In this document: positions 39,085 to 52,152 of the stretch, piece by piece | Position numbering within the stretch: the stretch's first letter is position 1 | Layout of the letters: every line of letters begins with the position of its first letter | Assembly: GCF_018977255.1 (NCBI RefSeq) | Contig: NW_024704743.1 | Coordinates: 71,488,001-71,552,000, forward strand | Source of the DNA: Callorhinchus milii | Taxonomy: Eukaryota | Length of the DNA: 64,000 nt | Reading direction: 5' to 3' | Position numbers and translations under genes: made by a program | The notes under the pieces: model-generated | What the model was told of the DNA's origin: nothing | The model's input: the letters and a program-made list of their open reading frames with translations, nothing else | Databases searched by the model: none

Positions 39085-39535
39085 TAATCCTTGCATTTGA
39101 TTTAGCGCCTCATCACGTCTTTGAGACGTCTCAAAGCACTTCGCAGAATATATAGTAAAGTGAATAGACTGTATAGTTTGTAGGCGAAACGCACGGCCAA
39201 ATGTCCATAGCAGTCTTCAGCAAACAGTTGTGGATTGAGTGACCAAATTATCATTTTTTTTTAAGGGATTATAACAACAACAACTTGGATTTATATAGCG
39301 CCCTCCACACTGGACGGTGTCTCAGAGCGCTTTACAGTAACGGATCCCGGGACCGAGCCAGGAGAGGAGGAATTATTCCACCAATTGACTAACAACCAGG
39401 TTCCTACTTACTGCTAGGTAAACAGAGGCGTGTGGAGTAAGGAAACTTGCCCAATGTTTTGCCCTGTCTAGGAATCGAACCCAGGCCCCTTGCTTGCTAG
39501 GCGAGGGCTCTATCCACTGGGCTACAGGACTTCAC
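39085..39535 (-). mobile_element. tRNA-derived SINE (long variant) with nested L2 tail at ~39273-39370
   Basis: Reverse-complement head GTCCTGTAGCCCAGTGG...GGGTTCGATTCC, CORE-like segment, Deu-like segment and AAATGCAAGGATT tail. Confidence 0.85.
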
Positions 39536-39697
39536 TTACCCATTTGCAGCCCTGCCTCAATAGCAAATTCAGGACTGACAAAGGATTTGAAACAGCTCCT
39601 GGTGCTTAAGCTGCAGTGCTATCCCTTATATCCTAAGAGGGCTCAATCAGAGGATTTTTAACATTATTTAAGATTTATTTTTCTCTTATAAGCTAAG

Positions 39698-39824
39698 ATC
39701 ACAAAGAATTGTGGCAAAGGTCTTAAATTCAGTCTTCATTGGGAAGACAATTCTTTTAAAGACCTGCGGTAAACTGTTTCCAAATGAAGACTGAATTTAA
39801 GACTTTGGCACAATTCTGTGTGAT
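39698..39824. repeat. Palindromic element (about 50-bp arms), relative of 1062-1194
   Basis: ATCACAAAGAATTGTGGCAAAGGTCTTAAATTCAGTCTTCATTGGGAAGACA and its near-perfect reverse complement. Confidence 0.8.
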
Positions 39825-40024
39825 GTTCTTAAATCTTGAAAAAAAATGGTCTCACAGGTGGAGACCAAGTGGAATTTTAGGCCTCAGTTCTTCAATGATG
39901 TTGAAAATCAACCTAATGCACATACATGGAAAAAAAGTACACACATTGAATTTCAAAGCTCAGGAATTTGACAGTGATTTAGAGCAGCCTGTATAAATCC
40001 TGCTCCGCATTCTGTATAGTAGAT

Positions 40025-40378
40025 TTACTGTGTATTTTGGGGGTGAAATGCAGTAGTCAGTTTGCACACAATGTCCCACAAGCAGCCATGAAGTGAATGA
40101 CCTATTTTATTTAGGGGATTTGGTAAGTAGTCATGACAGTGGGAAAGACTCCCTTCTCTTTCGAATAGTGCCATGGGATCACTAACATCCACCCGAATAG
40201 GCAACTGGGACCTCGGTATAACATCCCATCTGAAGGATGGCCCCTCCGACAATGAAACACATCCCCAGCACTACATTGATGTCAGTTTAGACTATATGAT
40301 TCCAAATCCTGCCATGAAGCTTGAACCCACAACCTTCTGACTCAGAGGCGGGTGTGCTACCGCTGCGCCAGGCTGGTA
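40025..40378 (-). mobile_element. Old Deu-domain SINE (SacSINE1/AmnSINE1-like)
   Basis: CTCTTTCGAATAGTGCCATGGGATC...CATCTGAAGGATGGCCCCTCCGACAATG...CTTGAACCCACAACCTTCTGACTCAGAGGCG. Confidence 0.8.
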
Positions 40379-40499
40379 ATGACATCCTGGGAAATAAATC
40401 AGGGTGTTGAATCATAGAAGAGGAGGAATGAAGGTACCTAATGGACATTAATGACTTTGAATTGTATGTAGTTTTGCCAGTTTAAATTCCCCCAAGTCT

Positions 40500-41300
40500 T
40501 ATGTTTCATTTTTAAAAAAGAAATATCACTCGTATATCTCTATAACCTAAAAAGAATAACGTAGAGGGAGCTAGTAAGCACAAAACCCTGCCAAAATAAA
40601 TTTGCTGCTCTATCATTCTCTGCTAGCCAGGGGTTGAACACAATAAAGTAAAATATAAAAATCAATAAAGAAAAAGGCCTGGATAATGTGAAAATTGGAG
40701 AAATGAATCCGAGACCAAAAGAGGCAACAAATCTAGGGGTTAGGGGTGTTAGGACATAGTCAGACACGGAATGATTAAATCCTCTGTCAAGGAAAAAAGA
40801 TAGGAGAGAGCAGGCCATAGGTTAAATGATCATAAACATATATGACTATGAAATAATGAGAGAAATCTCAAAGGAATCCTTAAACAGAACTCATTTCCCT
40901 TACTTTCCAAACACGGAGAGTGGAAAACTGAATTCTTAATACACTGGTTTGAGGGAACAATGGCTTCACCTGTTCCTGACTTTATATGACTCAGGCCATT
41001 AACTAGAGACTTGTTGACTGAAGAGAATGGAATATTTTCCAGTCGGGGAGTGATGAGATACTGCAGGTTACAGCCCATAGCCAACATACAATGGGCCAAC
41101 ATTCCCCTGTTTGCTCATTTTAAACACGTGTAAAGAGAAGGAGAATATCAGAAGAAAACTGCGGTAGGGAAATTGCGCAGGCGGGTTCATTGCTACTCTC
41201 AGCATTCCTCCCTTCACAAGCTGGAATTAAAATTTATAGCAATAGGGGATGCCAATTTAACTTGTTAAAGGCTATTAAGATCTCCTCTGACAACCTCATA
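40500..41300 (-). mobile_element. Highly degenerate L1/Tx1-clade LINE remnant
   Basis: Short minus-strand translations AFNKLNW (compare AFDRVEW) and VAMNPPA (compare LAIEPLA). Weak. Confidence 0.35.
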
Positions 41301-42521
41301 AGTAAAGGCACCATCTGATGTAGCACTTGTCATGACAATCAGAAGGTTGCAGGTTCAAACCCGAGTGTGTGCTGAATCAGTTGATTTCAATAGTTGGAAA
41401 TACCTTAGCACACTGGGTTAGGGAGATATAGTACCAACCAGGCTGCTTCTACTTTCTGATCTTTATCAAGAGACCTTTGCTAAGAAGGTGCTCATCTGTT
41501 GATATATGGTGAGGACAGGATTGGGCTCAGCGGTGAGTACTATTCTGTGTACATTTTACCACAAGCTTTCCAAATATTAGCTTTCCAAATATCCGGCACA
41601 CTGAGCTGCGTGCCTTCCCTGATTGCAGTGCATTCTGCATTCACATATGACATTGTAGAAAACGCATGTGGGACGAAAGGGTTAAACTCAAGTTGGAATT
41701 TTCTTTGTAAGAGTAAGTTAAGTGGGTTTCTCTTGTCTTGAATTTTTCTTATGCCTGAGCCAAGGTAGCTGTCACCCCACTGATACTGCAACTAGTTTGG
41801 ACTGCCCATGTGAGACTTTCCTGGATGCCTCTGAACATTCGTATCCTTCCTTTTCTTTGGAAATCACCTGACTTCTAGTTGGACTCTTCCCATATAACAT
41901 AGCTGAGAGTCACAAGAACAGTGGGGTCCAGGACGGATCCCTGATGTGGCCTACTCCAATCTGACCTAGTTAATCATTACGACTGTTTTCTCTGCCTGTT
42001 TTAGCCAGAATATCCCACTGTGTGGTGGATTGTAGGTGTAAACTAACATTTTGCCCAACTAAAGCATAGAGTCTGGAACTACGTCTTAGAGTTAACCTGA
42101 GATGGTGGGACACACTTCTGGTGATCCACAAGATTGACTGCTTGCAAATTGGGAATGCATGTTAGCAACTCCTGCTACAAATCACTGTATACTAGACCTC
42201 ATAGTTAAAATACACTAAACTTACGCACAGCATCATCTCCTGGAATTATACTAACAACCACCCCACTAAGCTGTACACCACTTCCTCTCCTTGTTAGAAA
42301 CATTTCTGAGCAGTTTTACATGAGCCAAATTGTTTTTATATTCATTGACCTGTAGTTTCAGACTGTCGGATCCTGCTCTGTTTCTTCTGTTGTTTTACAG
42401 TACTTAATATTCTGATAAGGATGGTTTTAAACCCAACAGGCTCCAAACTTGCTGAAACAGCTTTAGTGCCAATGAGCTGAAGACAAACATGATTTATACT
42501 TATAAATGAGTCATGATGACA

Positions 42522-42853
42522 GTGAGGAGTTCTGTAGCTCAGTGGTTAGAGCACTCGCTTTGCAAGTGAGAGACCTGAGTTCAATTCCAGGCAGAGGGCG
42601 AAATCTTGGGCAAGTTTCCTTACTCCACACAGAGCCTAATAGTAATCCCTCCAAAAAACAAAAACAATAATAAATTGGTCATTTTCAATCCATGACTGTT
42701 TGTGGGACAATGCTGTGCGCAATTGGCTGCCGTGTTCGCCCACAAATATACAGTCAATTCACTTTACAGTATATTCTGTGAAGCGCTTTGGGACGTCCAC
42801 CCGACATGAAAAGCGCTATATCAAATGCAAGGATTATTATCATTATTATTATA
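42522..42853 (+). mobile_element. Full-length tRNA-derived SINE (short variant)
   Basis: Near-identical to 5106-5421, including A/B boxes and the (ATT)n tail. Confidence 0.92.
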
Positions 42854-43282
42854 ATGAGATAAGTTCAGGGTACGGAGAACACAGACTGACTCACTGGTTG
42901 TCGTTAAAAGAGAGTAATGTTAACAAAGCACAGGTTTCAATCGCAGCAGCAAATCGTTAGTTGAAAGGGAGATAGCTGAGAACATAAGTCAATGAAGATT
43001 TAAAACAGCAACTCCAGACATTATTCCAGTAATCAATGCCAATCGGAACCGAGGGATTCATGTTCCCCTTTTCCCTAAAACTAGGAAAGAGTCATTAAAA
43101 GGCTGGCCAGCTATGTTACGTGTGGAAATGTATCTCCTTTCTGAGTAGGTATTTCTGCAAATATATCAAGGAGTCGATGCTCGGAGTACCACTATGTTTA
43201 ATGTGCAGTGACAATGCGCATGAGATTTCTATGGTAAATGCACTTTGAGGTCTATATAATAATAATACTTGGATTGTGTGTC

Positions 43283-44000
43283 AATCTGGCTCTGTAGTAG
43301 AACTCTCACCTTTGAGTCAGAAGGTTGAGGCTTCAGGCCCCACATCGGGACATGAACTCACAGTGCAGTGCTGGGGATGTGTTCCATTGTCAGAGGATGA
43401 GACATTAAGCTGAGGTCCCATTTTCCGGTTCAGGTGGACCCTAACAATCCCATGGCACTTTTCGAAAAGAGAAGGGAGTTTCTCCTCATGTGTTGACCAA
43501 CAATCCCCAAAAATGAAATTGGCCACTCACTCCATGGCTGTTTGTGGGAAATTGCTGTGTGCAAATGCTGCTGGCTTTGCCAACAAATACACAGCCACAC
43601 TATTTCACAGTAAATTCTGTGAAGTGCTTTGGGATGTCTTCCTAACGTGAAATATGCTATACCAAGTGCAAGGATTATTATAGTGATACTAATAATCCTT
43701 GCATTTGATATAGCGCTTTTCACGTCTTCTAGACGTCTCAAAGCGCTTCACAGAATATGCTATAAAGTGAATTGACCGTATATTTGTGGGCGAAACACGG
43801 CAGCCAATTGCAAACAGCAGTGTCCCACAGGATTATTATTATTTATTTGATATAGCGCTTTTTAACATTTTTGAACTGTCTCAAAGCACTTCACAAGTGT
43901 TTTTTACTGTAAAGCGTTACTGTGTATTTTGTAGGCAAACCAGCAGCCAATTTGCACACAGCAATGTCCTACAAACAGCCTCGAGGTGAATGACCAATTT
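43283..44000. mobile_element. SINE cluster: + Deu-SINE (43283-43682), then two minus-strand SINE 3' halves (43690-43830, 43832-44000)
   Basis: Repeated Deu-like bodies and AAATGCAAGGATT tails in tail-to-tail arrangement. Confidence 0.8.
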
Positions 44001-45347
44001 CCTCAGGCGGATTTCTAGCCAGGACACTCTAACATTCAGCGAGTTGTAACTCCGAGTTGCAAATAAGCAATCAGCAGTGTGTCATGTCGATCCTGCTCCA
44101 ACGTGCCTGGAAATAGTTCCGAAGAGTTAACACGAGATGCTGTGACACACTTCCAGTAAGCAGTAGGTATGCCCATTTGTGAGTCAGGAATCAATGTCAG
44201 CAACTCCCATTACAAATCTCCACATATTAAATCTCATACTTAAAATGCATTAAACGTACTAGCACAGAGAATCATCTCCTACAAATAAGCTTATAAACGG
44301 TTGCCTGCCTGTCCTCAGGTGATCATTAAAAAGCCCATGACAACATTCCAAAAGGGAAGGGAGTTTCTTCCGGTCATCTGAGCAGCAGATTTATTGGACG
44401 TTCTCCTCATGGCTGCTTGTAAGATGGTCACCACATTTGACAGTAATTACTGTAAAGTTCTGTGAGGCATTTGTATGCATGAGGCATTAAACAAATGCAA
44501 GTTCATTCTTAAAGTTCTTTTGAATAATGTGTTAAGCTTGCAGTGCCAGAAAGCAGATAGAAAGGTTTGGCTCTGAACTAAAGTACTGGAACTACAGTGG
44601 TATCTTAGGAATGACAATGATTACAGAATCGGAATAGCAGAAGGTGAAGAAACAATAAGTGACCTCATAGCTGCTTAGTTAATTCACAAATAATTAAATG
44701 AACAAAACAGGCCATAATTTGAAAACGGAGAAGAGATCCAAACTGAGTAAACTCACACAGCAAGAAAATTTGAAATGTTCATTTAACCTTTTGAGTATGA
44801 CCTTGCAATTGCAACTTGCCCAAATTTTGAATGTCAGTTATTAAAAAAACAACAAGGAATTGAATGTAGCCTCTGAGATTGTTTTCTATTTGCAGCACTC
44901 TCTCTGAAAAGGGCTATTTTAAATCTTAGCTCCATCCTTGGGGGAGGAGAGGAGAGAAAATAGGAACATTCAGGACAAATCCAGGAAGCACTTATTTACA
45001 CAGTAAGCAACAACTGGAATGCATTACCAGGAATATGCAACAAGTCCAGGACCTTAGATTAATTTAAGAAATAGCCTGATGCTATAATGGGAAGAAGAAA
45101 GGGATTCTGGAAGGATGAGATCAAATGGGCCAAAGGGCCTTCTATATCCATGCCACTTTTATAAACCTGTGATTCAAAGAAGCTTGGCAGGAGATTATCT
45201 GCTTGGAGATCGGTGTGTGGTATGAAAGCTTAAAACGGAGAGGGCTAAAAGGAATCAGAAATCCTAACTATATAACATAAAGTGTGTCTCTGTCATCCCG
45301 CAAGTCACAATTCGAGCTGTTCTGGTTTGAGGTGATCAGATCACTCA

Positions 45348-45510
45348 ATAATAATAATAATAATAATAATCCTTGCATTTGATACAGCGCATTTCATGTC
45401 TTCTAGACGTCTCAAAGCGCTTCACAGAATATGCTGTAAAGTGACATATTACCGTGGGGTATGATTTGTGGAGTCCTGTAGCTCTAATCATTGAGCTACA
45501 GGACTCCACA
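45348..45510 (-). mobile_element. Internally rearranged SINE with foldback hairpin
   Basis: (AAT)n tail and SINE 3' end to ~45444, then an inverted duplication, then the reverse-complement SINE head GAGCTACAGGACTCCAC. Confidence 0.8.
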
Positions 45511-46946
45511 AATCATACCCCACATTAATATGTATCCTTGAGAATGAAAAAAACAAGATCGAAACAAGAAACAGTTAAAGTGTAGGTTAGAAAAAAACTT
45601 CTTTCTTCACACAGAGGGTAGGTGAAATGTGTAATTCTCTGACAAAAGACCAAGTACCTTCACTATTTTGAAAGGAAACTCGAAGGATTTGTAGGAGTTC
45701 GCCAATGAATACACTTAGCAGTAAATCCTGTGAAGCTCTTTGAGACATTTTTATGTCGTGATAAAAATGCAATTATTATTATTATTTCTTTACCAGAAAG
45801 ATACCTAAAGAATATTAAAGGGATTAAAGAATGTGAAAGAGCGTGGAATTGGACTAGGTGGCTCAAGTGGAAAAAACAACAGGACAGACTTAATATGCCA
45901 AATGGCCTGTTTCTGTGAGTGAACAATTCTGGGATTCTGTGTACACATTCAAATCAAATTGTGTATTATTAAAACTGTCAAAACAGTATCAAAATAACAT
46001 GAATCCAACGCAGTAAACTATCAGAGTGAATATTCTCTTTGGAGGGAAGTCACAGACAGTTCAAAAGTTTTAATATGTTTGGTTCAATATTTTAAGTTTG
46101 GTTTTTTATATATTTTTTAAAAAGAGTGAAACTATCTCTTCAAAGCGTTTGCATTTACTCCCTTTCCCTTTACTAAAGACTATCCCAGGCAAATTGCCAC
46201 CTGCGCTGAAGGTGTGTGTGTGTACTACAGTGGTGGCTTACTTCCAGAGCTCCATCAATGTCATTCCTGAAACTAGCCAATGGCACTTTCTTCTGTTTTC
46301 ACTCCTTTTCTGGGCAAAGTGCCTTAACTCCTCTCAGCACCTCCACATGTCAGCACCTGCTGAAATCAGGACCTCAGCATATGGTGGATAAGAAGTGTGA
46401 ACCAGTGTTCCAGCATGACAACACAATGCTCCATTGCACTACTTCAGTCCTGTTTTAATTCTACCTACTTTCTTTTTAATGTTTCCTCTTAGTTTCCCCA
46501 TTCATATTTAGATGACTTGCTTTCTTGTCTTCTACTACCACTGCAGTGATTTGCGAGGGTTTTTTTCTGCAGCAATAGCTGTTCAACAGTGAAAGGCTGA
46601 TCAGGCACAGGACTGTAGCAGAAGGAATGCCTCATTTATAGTGGCAAAAACAGGTTGCGTTCTGAAATCTGTATTTCTTTTTCACATTATCAGGAGCTCT
46701 GGATCAACTTAGGTTAGGTCACACCTTGGGGCCAATATGTATTCCTCCACAGATTAATTTGGCAGCCAAGTGCACACAGCAGCTTTGCCTTCCTCCTGGC
46801 TGTGTATTCCCCTTTCTTGGTGAATCACTACAATGAAAATCAGATCAAGTGACAATGAAATCTGCAGATTCGGAGTTATTACATCTGTATATGCACTGGA
46901 TGTTTGAATTCGGACTTTATTCTATTTATTTACTATTTATTTATTT

Positions 46947-47248
46947 ACTCACTTTGCAAGTGAGAGACCTGAGTTCAATTCCAGGCAGGGCGAAACCTTG
47001 GGCAAGTTTCCTTACTCCACACACCTAATAATAATCCCTCCAAAAAAAAATAATAATGTTCATTTTCAATCCATGACTGTTTGTGGGACACTGCTGTGCG
47101 CAATTGGCTGCAGCGTTCGCCCACAAATGTACAGTCAATTCACTTTCCAGTATATCCTTGAAGCGCTTTGGGACGTCTAGAAGATGTGAAAAGCGCTATA
47201 TCAAATGCAAGGATTATTATTATTATTTTTTATTCAGGTAAACTGAAA
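46947..47248 (+). mobile_element. tRNA-derived SINE (short variant), lacking the A box
   Basis: Near-identical to 5134-5444, including the post-tail extension. Confidence 0.9.
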
Positions 47249-48397
47249 CGTAATGTTGGAGCAATGGCAAAGGGAAAACGACAGCGGGTGAGTGGGTGGG
47301 GCAGGGGGGTAGAGGTTAACGATATAAAAATATACATAAGGTGGTTAAATACTCTGCCACAAAGATCACTGGAAACACATGCATGGAGCTCGTCAGCACG
47401 GAGTAATGTTTATTGTAATATAAGATTAGGTTGATAGCTAGTCGTGTCACTTGATTAGCTCTGAACCTAAGGGAGAAATTTCACTCAGATTTGCCTTCTA
47501 AAGAATTCTAGTCGCAACATGATAATCGCTTGCTCAGCAAACTAAATAAAGTGGCGAGGATAAGATAGCAAGGAAAATCGTGATCTGCTATATGGTAATT
47601 AACATTGGTATCAATTATCACATGTCGCAATCCTGCCTCACCCATGCCCCTACCCCCCCACCCCCACTCCCCAACAAGTTAAGTTGAACATGTAGTTAAG
47701 TTGAACATAGAGATTTAAAGAAATGGGCTTCATGGAATGGACTGGACTACTTTCCGATGACAACAGCTTGCATTTATATAGCAGCCTTCACAAAGCACAA
47801 TGTCTCAGAGAGCTTCACAAAGACAGTTTTTTCCCCCCCCTTTTCATTAAATAGAAACATGCAGTAGTCTCTGAGAAGAGCTTGGAGTTTCTCTAGAGTG
47901 CTACAAATTCTCGGGCTCTTTTTGTGCTCTCAGCACGGGTCAGATTTATGAGGCATCCAAACTTACAGCAGTTGTTTCCAACTGCACCCTGTTGGAATAA
48001 TTTTAGTGGTAGTCACTGTTTTTTTGTGTGTATGTCTCAATATAAAGTCACCCTTCATCTAAATTTATTGGAATGGGCTTGAAATCCACATCAGCACTTT
48101 AAAAATACTTGCCATTTCTGGCGAATTGACCTCAGCAATACAGTAGCAACATAATGCAACATAATTTAAATCCTGGCTAAATTTTGATTCAATTCATGTC
48201 AGAACCCTTTCTGTCCCAAACCTATTTTTATTGTCCAGTGACATCTCACTTCTGCCATTAGGCTTCAAACTATATCTTTTACCACTTTTACAGAATGTAA
48301 GCATTTTGATGTACACACATGCAGCCAGGGGTCAGGCAACAAACCATTTCCACAGCAAGCGCAAGGTTTTAAAACTAACACCGGTAACTAGAGAATA

Positions 48398-48572
48398 TAA
48401 TTTGGTCACTCAATCCACGACTGTTTGTGAGACACTGCTGTGCGCAATTGGCTGCCACGTTTCACCCACAAAATATACAATCAATTCACTTTACAGTATA
48501 TTCTGCAAAGAGCTTGAGAAGTCTCAACAACATGATAAGGTGCTATATCAAATGCAAGGATTATTATTATTA
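48398..48572 (+). mobile_element. SINE 3' half
   Basis: Deu-like body and AAATGCAAGG(ATT)n tail. Confidence 0.8.
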
Positions 48573-51500
48573 TAGATAAAGCTTTGACAAAAATGTTTAA
48601 TTTTGACTCTTCCCAAAATATAAAATATCAGAAATTGAAACTGTGCTGGGTTTCCTTATTAGTCTAATGTGTCACTGCATTTGACTTATGCAGGAGAGAA
48701 GTCAGGATCTTAACTGGATACCATTCCAATGACACACAGACAGATGGACGGGGACAGCTTATGAGTGAGTCCTCGCAGACCTCACTAAAAATAAAGATAT
48801 ACTTGACAATTAGCAGAAACTATGAAGACAGCTGGTACGATGAAATCATTCACCGAGGGCTGATGCAGGAGACTCAGAAGCCACAGAAGTATCCTTCTCA
48901 CTTAAAACAAGTGCAGCAAACAGAAACCTTTGTCAGAAGGGTCGTGGACCCGAAACGTTGACTCACTTTCCTTTCTGCATAGATGCTGAGTGTTCCCAGC
49001 GACTTCTGTTACAGAATTACTTGTTAAATTGAGTGCACATGGTTTACATGACTTGAAAATGTGAACCTTCACTTCCTCCCTGGGTACTCTACTTCATATA
49101 TTCACTAAACTTAAATCTGATATATTGGACTGGTTCTAAATCACATTTACTTTTGATTTTTTTTTAAACCAAACTTGATCTGGATTCAGTGAGCAGGTTA
49201 CTACAAAACCCAGAAGGGGAAGTGTGCAGTTCATCCAACTGTGCACTGATAAAACTGCCATTTTGCATTACAGCAGATCCTCCTAGTCACACAGCATTTG
49301 GCAGCAGCTCAAAAGAATGGGGTAATGAGGATGTCTTATAAAAGCAGCACATCCATTGTCAATTTTGACACTTACAATGTCTGTACTTGGCTACAAACTG
49401 CAGATGTTGTAAGTTCTGTGAGTCACAGTGTTTGCATTTTGGTACAGGATTATTTTTATATCAGAATGCTGCAGATGTGGGGCTTTAAAGTCAATGCCAG
49501 TGTATACGATGCTCACACTTGTGAATATTATGAGAAAATAATGCGAGGCCAGATATAATACTTTTACATAATTTATCACATCATTTATACCGCAGTGTGC
49601 ACAAATGTAAATTTGTAAATAGTGGCATTGATTTTAATTTTGGCATTTACTGTGTCAGCATTTCTGAGTAAAATGCAACCTCTGTAAATATTGTGATTCA
49701 ATTTGTCGAACCTCTAATTTGAAAACCGTGCCAATCCCACTTTGTAATTGACATCAAGACATTTAGTAATGCCAACATTTAACAAGGAAAAGGGGCACAG
49801 CTTAACCCATGTTGGGCATGTCTTTGTGCTTCTGTGCTCGATCGTGAATACTTATGATGATTTGAAGAAGTCAGACTTTCTGTTTAACCTCAACTTGTAT
49901 GAAAGTGCAAATGAGATTATTATTGCAGTAGTGTTCAATAATACCTCAAGGTGTTTTACATTTCAGTTCAATTAATTTTAACCAAGTGTTGTTGCACTGT
50001 TTTTAGAACCTGATCCTGATTCCCGGTCCATCCAGTGATTGAAACTGATACAACAAGCAACCACTACCAAGCTATCGTCAATCAACCTCAAAATCTTTAT
50101 TTATCAGCTGAGGATTCCTTTCAATATTCAATAACATGTGACTCAATGCTTTTTAATGGAATGACACAGTGCATACACAGATCTCTTTTCCTTGGGTGTT
50201 TTTTGGAACCAGTAGTTTTCCCTGCCTTGTTATCAGCCTTTATTTCCCAGAGTGTTGTTTTAAAATAATGGAAAAGGGCATCATTTCACTGTATTTTAAG
50301 ATCCACTTCTCATTTCTTATTTGTGAATTTTTGAAATGCAAAGATTATTAATTTGCATGGCTTTCGGGTGGATCTTTAATCTTCTCTGTCTTTAATATCA
50401 ATTCAACTATTTGAAGGGCACAATTGAAGCTAGGAGAGGCAGTTTATCTGCCCTATTGCCCAACTCTAGAAGTTAGCACTCGGTGACCCTATTTTTGTCA
50501 GCTGGATGTCTGTTACATGTGAAAACCCATCTCCATGCTTCAGAGTATCCAAACCAGACTGAGACCTCCGTGCATGCCACATACACATAGACATTCACAC
50601 ATCTGGAATGGAATAAGCATTCCCACTCTGGAGAAAAGCCTTAAAGAATCCCAGAGAGTATAAGCTACAGGTTGACAAGAGCAAATACTTGGGAACCAGA
50701 GTGTGAGTTGGAGTGTAACCAGCTAAATCTGCGTCAGTGACCATTAAATGTACTGTCCGGTAAACTTCCCACTGCATTCCCGCCACTGTTAAGCACTCCA
50801 AGATGCTGCTCTGCGTGAAGGGAGCTATATAAATGCAATTTGTTGTTGTTGTCCAGCTAGGACCACCATATTTGTTAAGGCTTTGGCTTACAGGGTTAAA
50901 AGGAGCTGAGTGGGAATAATCCTTGCTGCTCATCTGCCTCTCCAAGTCCTAATGATGAGTCAGGCTGTCTGGTCTGTCATCAGCCTTTATGAATCCGATA
51001 CATCTGCTCTCTTCCTCTCACAGATAATCCTAGTTAGTAACCTGCAAACTCCCCGAAAAGGCTTAAGCGTGGTTTAACCACTTATCAAAAACACCAAGTG
51101 AGCTTAATCTGCAACCTATTGCGCCAAAGGCAAGAGTGCTATCAAATGAGATAAGCTGACACACAAACAATGCAAAATATATAGAATACCTTCATTTGGG
51201 GAAAGTAATGACACCTCGTTCCAGTTGGCCCATACACACTGTAAGCACAGCAGAAAATGGGTCAGCCAACCAAGTGTAGTTGGTAGATAGTGCTCACTTG
51301 TACAAATCCATTCAGTGTGTCAAATGGATGGACTCCTGTATCAAGGGTATCCGTGATACCCTTCAAAATTGCCATTTATGTTTGAGAATTTTTGGTTTGC
51401 TTGCTGAAACTTCCAGACAGTGCACAATCTCAAGACAACATTCCATAAGATTAGTACCAGGCCAGACATATTTAGTTTTACACAGCAATGTAATTAAAAA

Positions 51501-52152
51501 TTGAAATCTATTATGACTAAGTGTACTCTTTTGATTTGCTTAGTGTGAATGCTTTAGCAAATGAATGCAGGAAGAAATCAATTGCAATCAAGTCACATTT
51601 GCGCAGAATCTTCTCAAACAAACTGGATTTCTCATTTGACAGCTAAACCACTAAGGGATTGCTCAAAGTTACTGGCGTAATAATATGCGACTATATTAAA
51701 CAGCGTTTTTTTCTACACTGTAACATGTTGTGCTAAATACCAACATTCAGCCAGACAGTTGAACGACGGCCAAAATACCACACATTGATCTGTTGCTGGT
51801 TGAAACATATGCAGGGATTAGGGTGTCTCGCTAGGGGCTGTACAGGTTGTGAATCCATGGATTTGTAGACTACATAAATGATTCAGAGGTGGAGGAAGAC
51901 ACAAAGCTATCCAAGTTTGCAGATGTTACCAAACTCGGGAGATTGTAAACAACTGGGAACAAACAGGCTGACCAAATGTAGAGGGATCTGAATACATGAG
52001 GAAGTGGGTTGACCAACTCAAATGTCATTTTATGTGGACAAATAAAAAGTGATACGATTGAGAAAGAAATTAAACAGTGGGAATAAAAGATGACGGATAT
52101 TTGAATATACGGCATGACATAGTGGAAGGGTTTGAGGATATCAGTGATAAGG

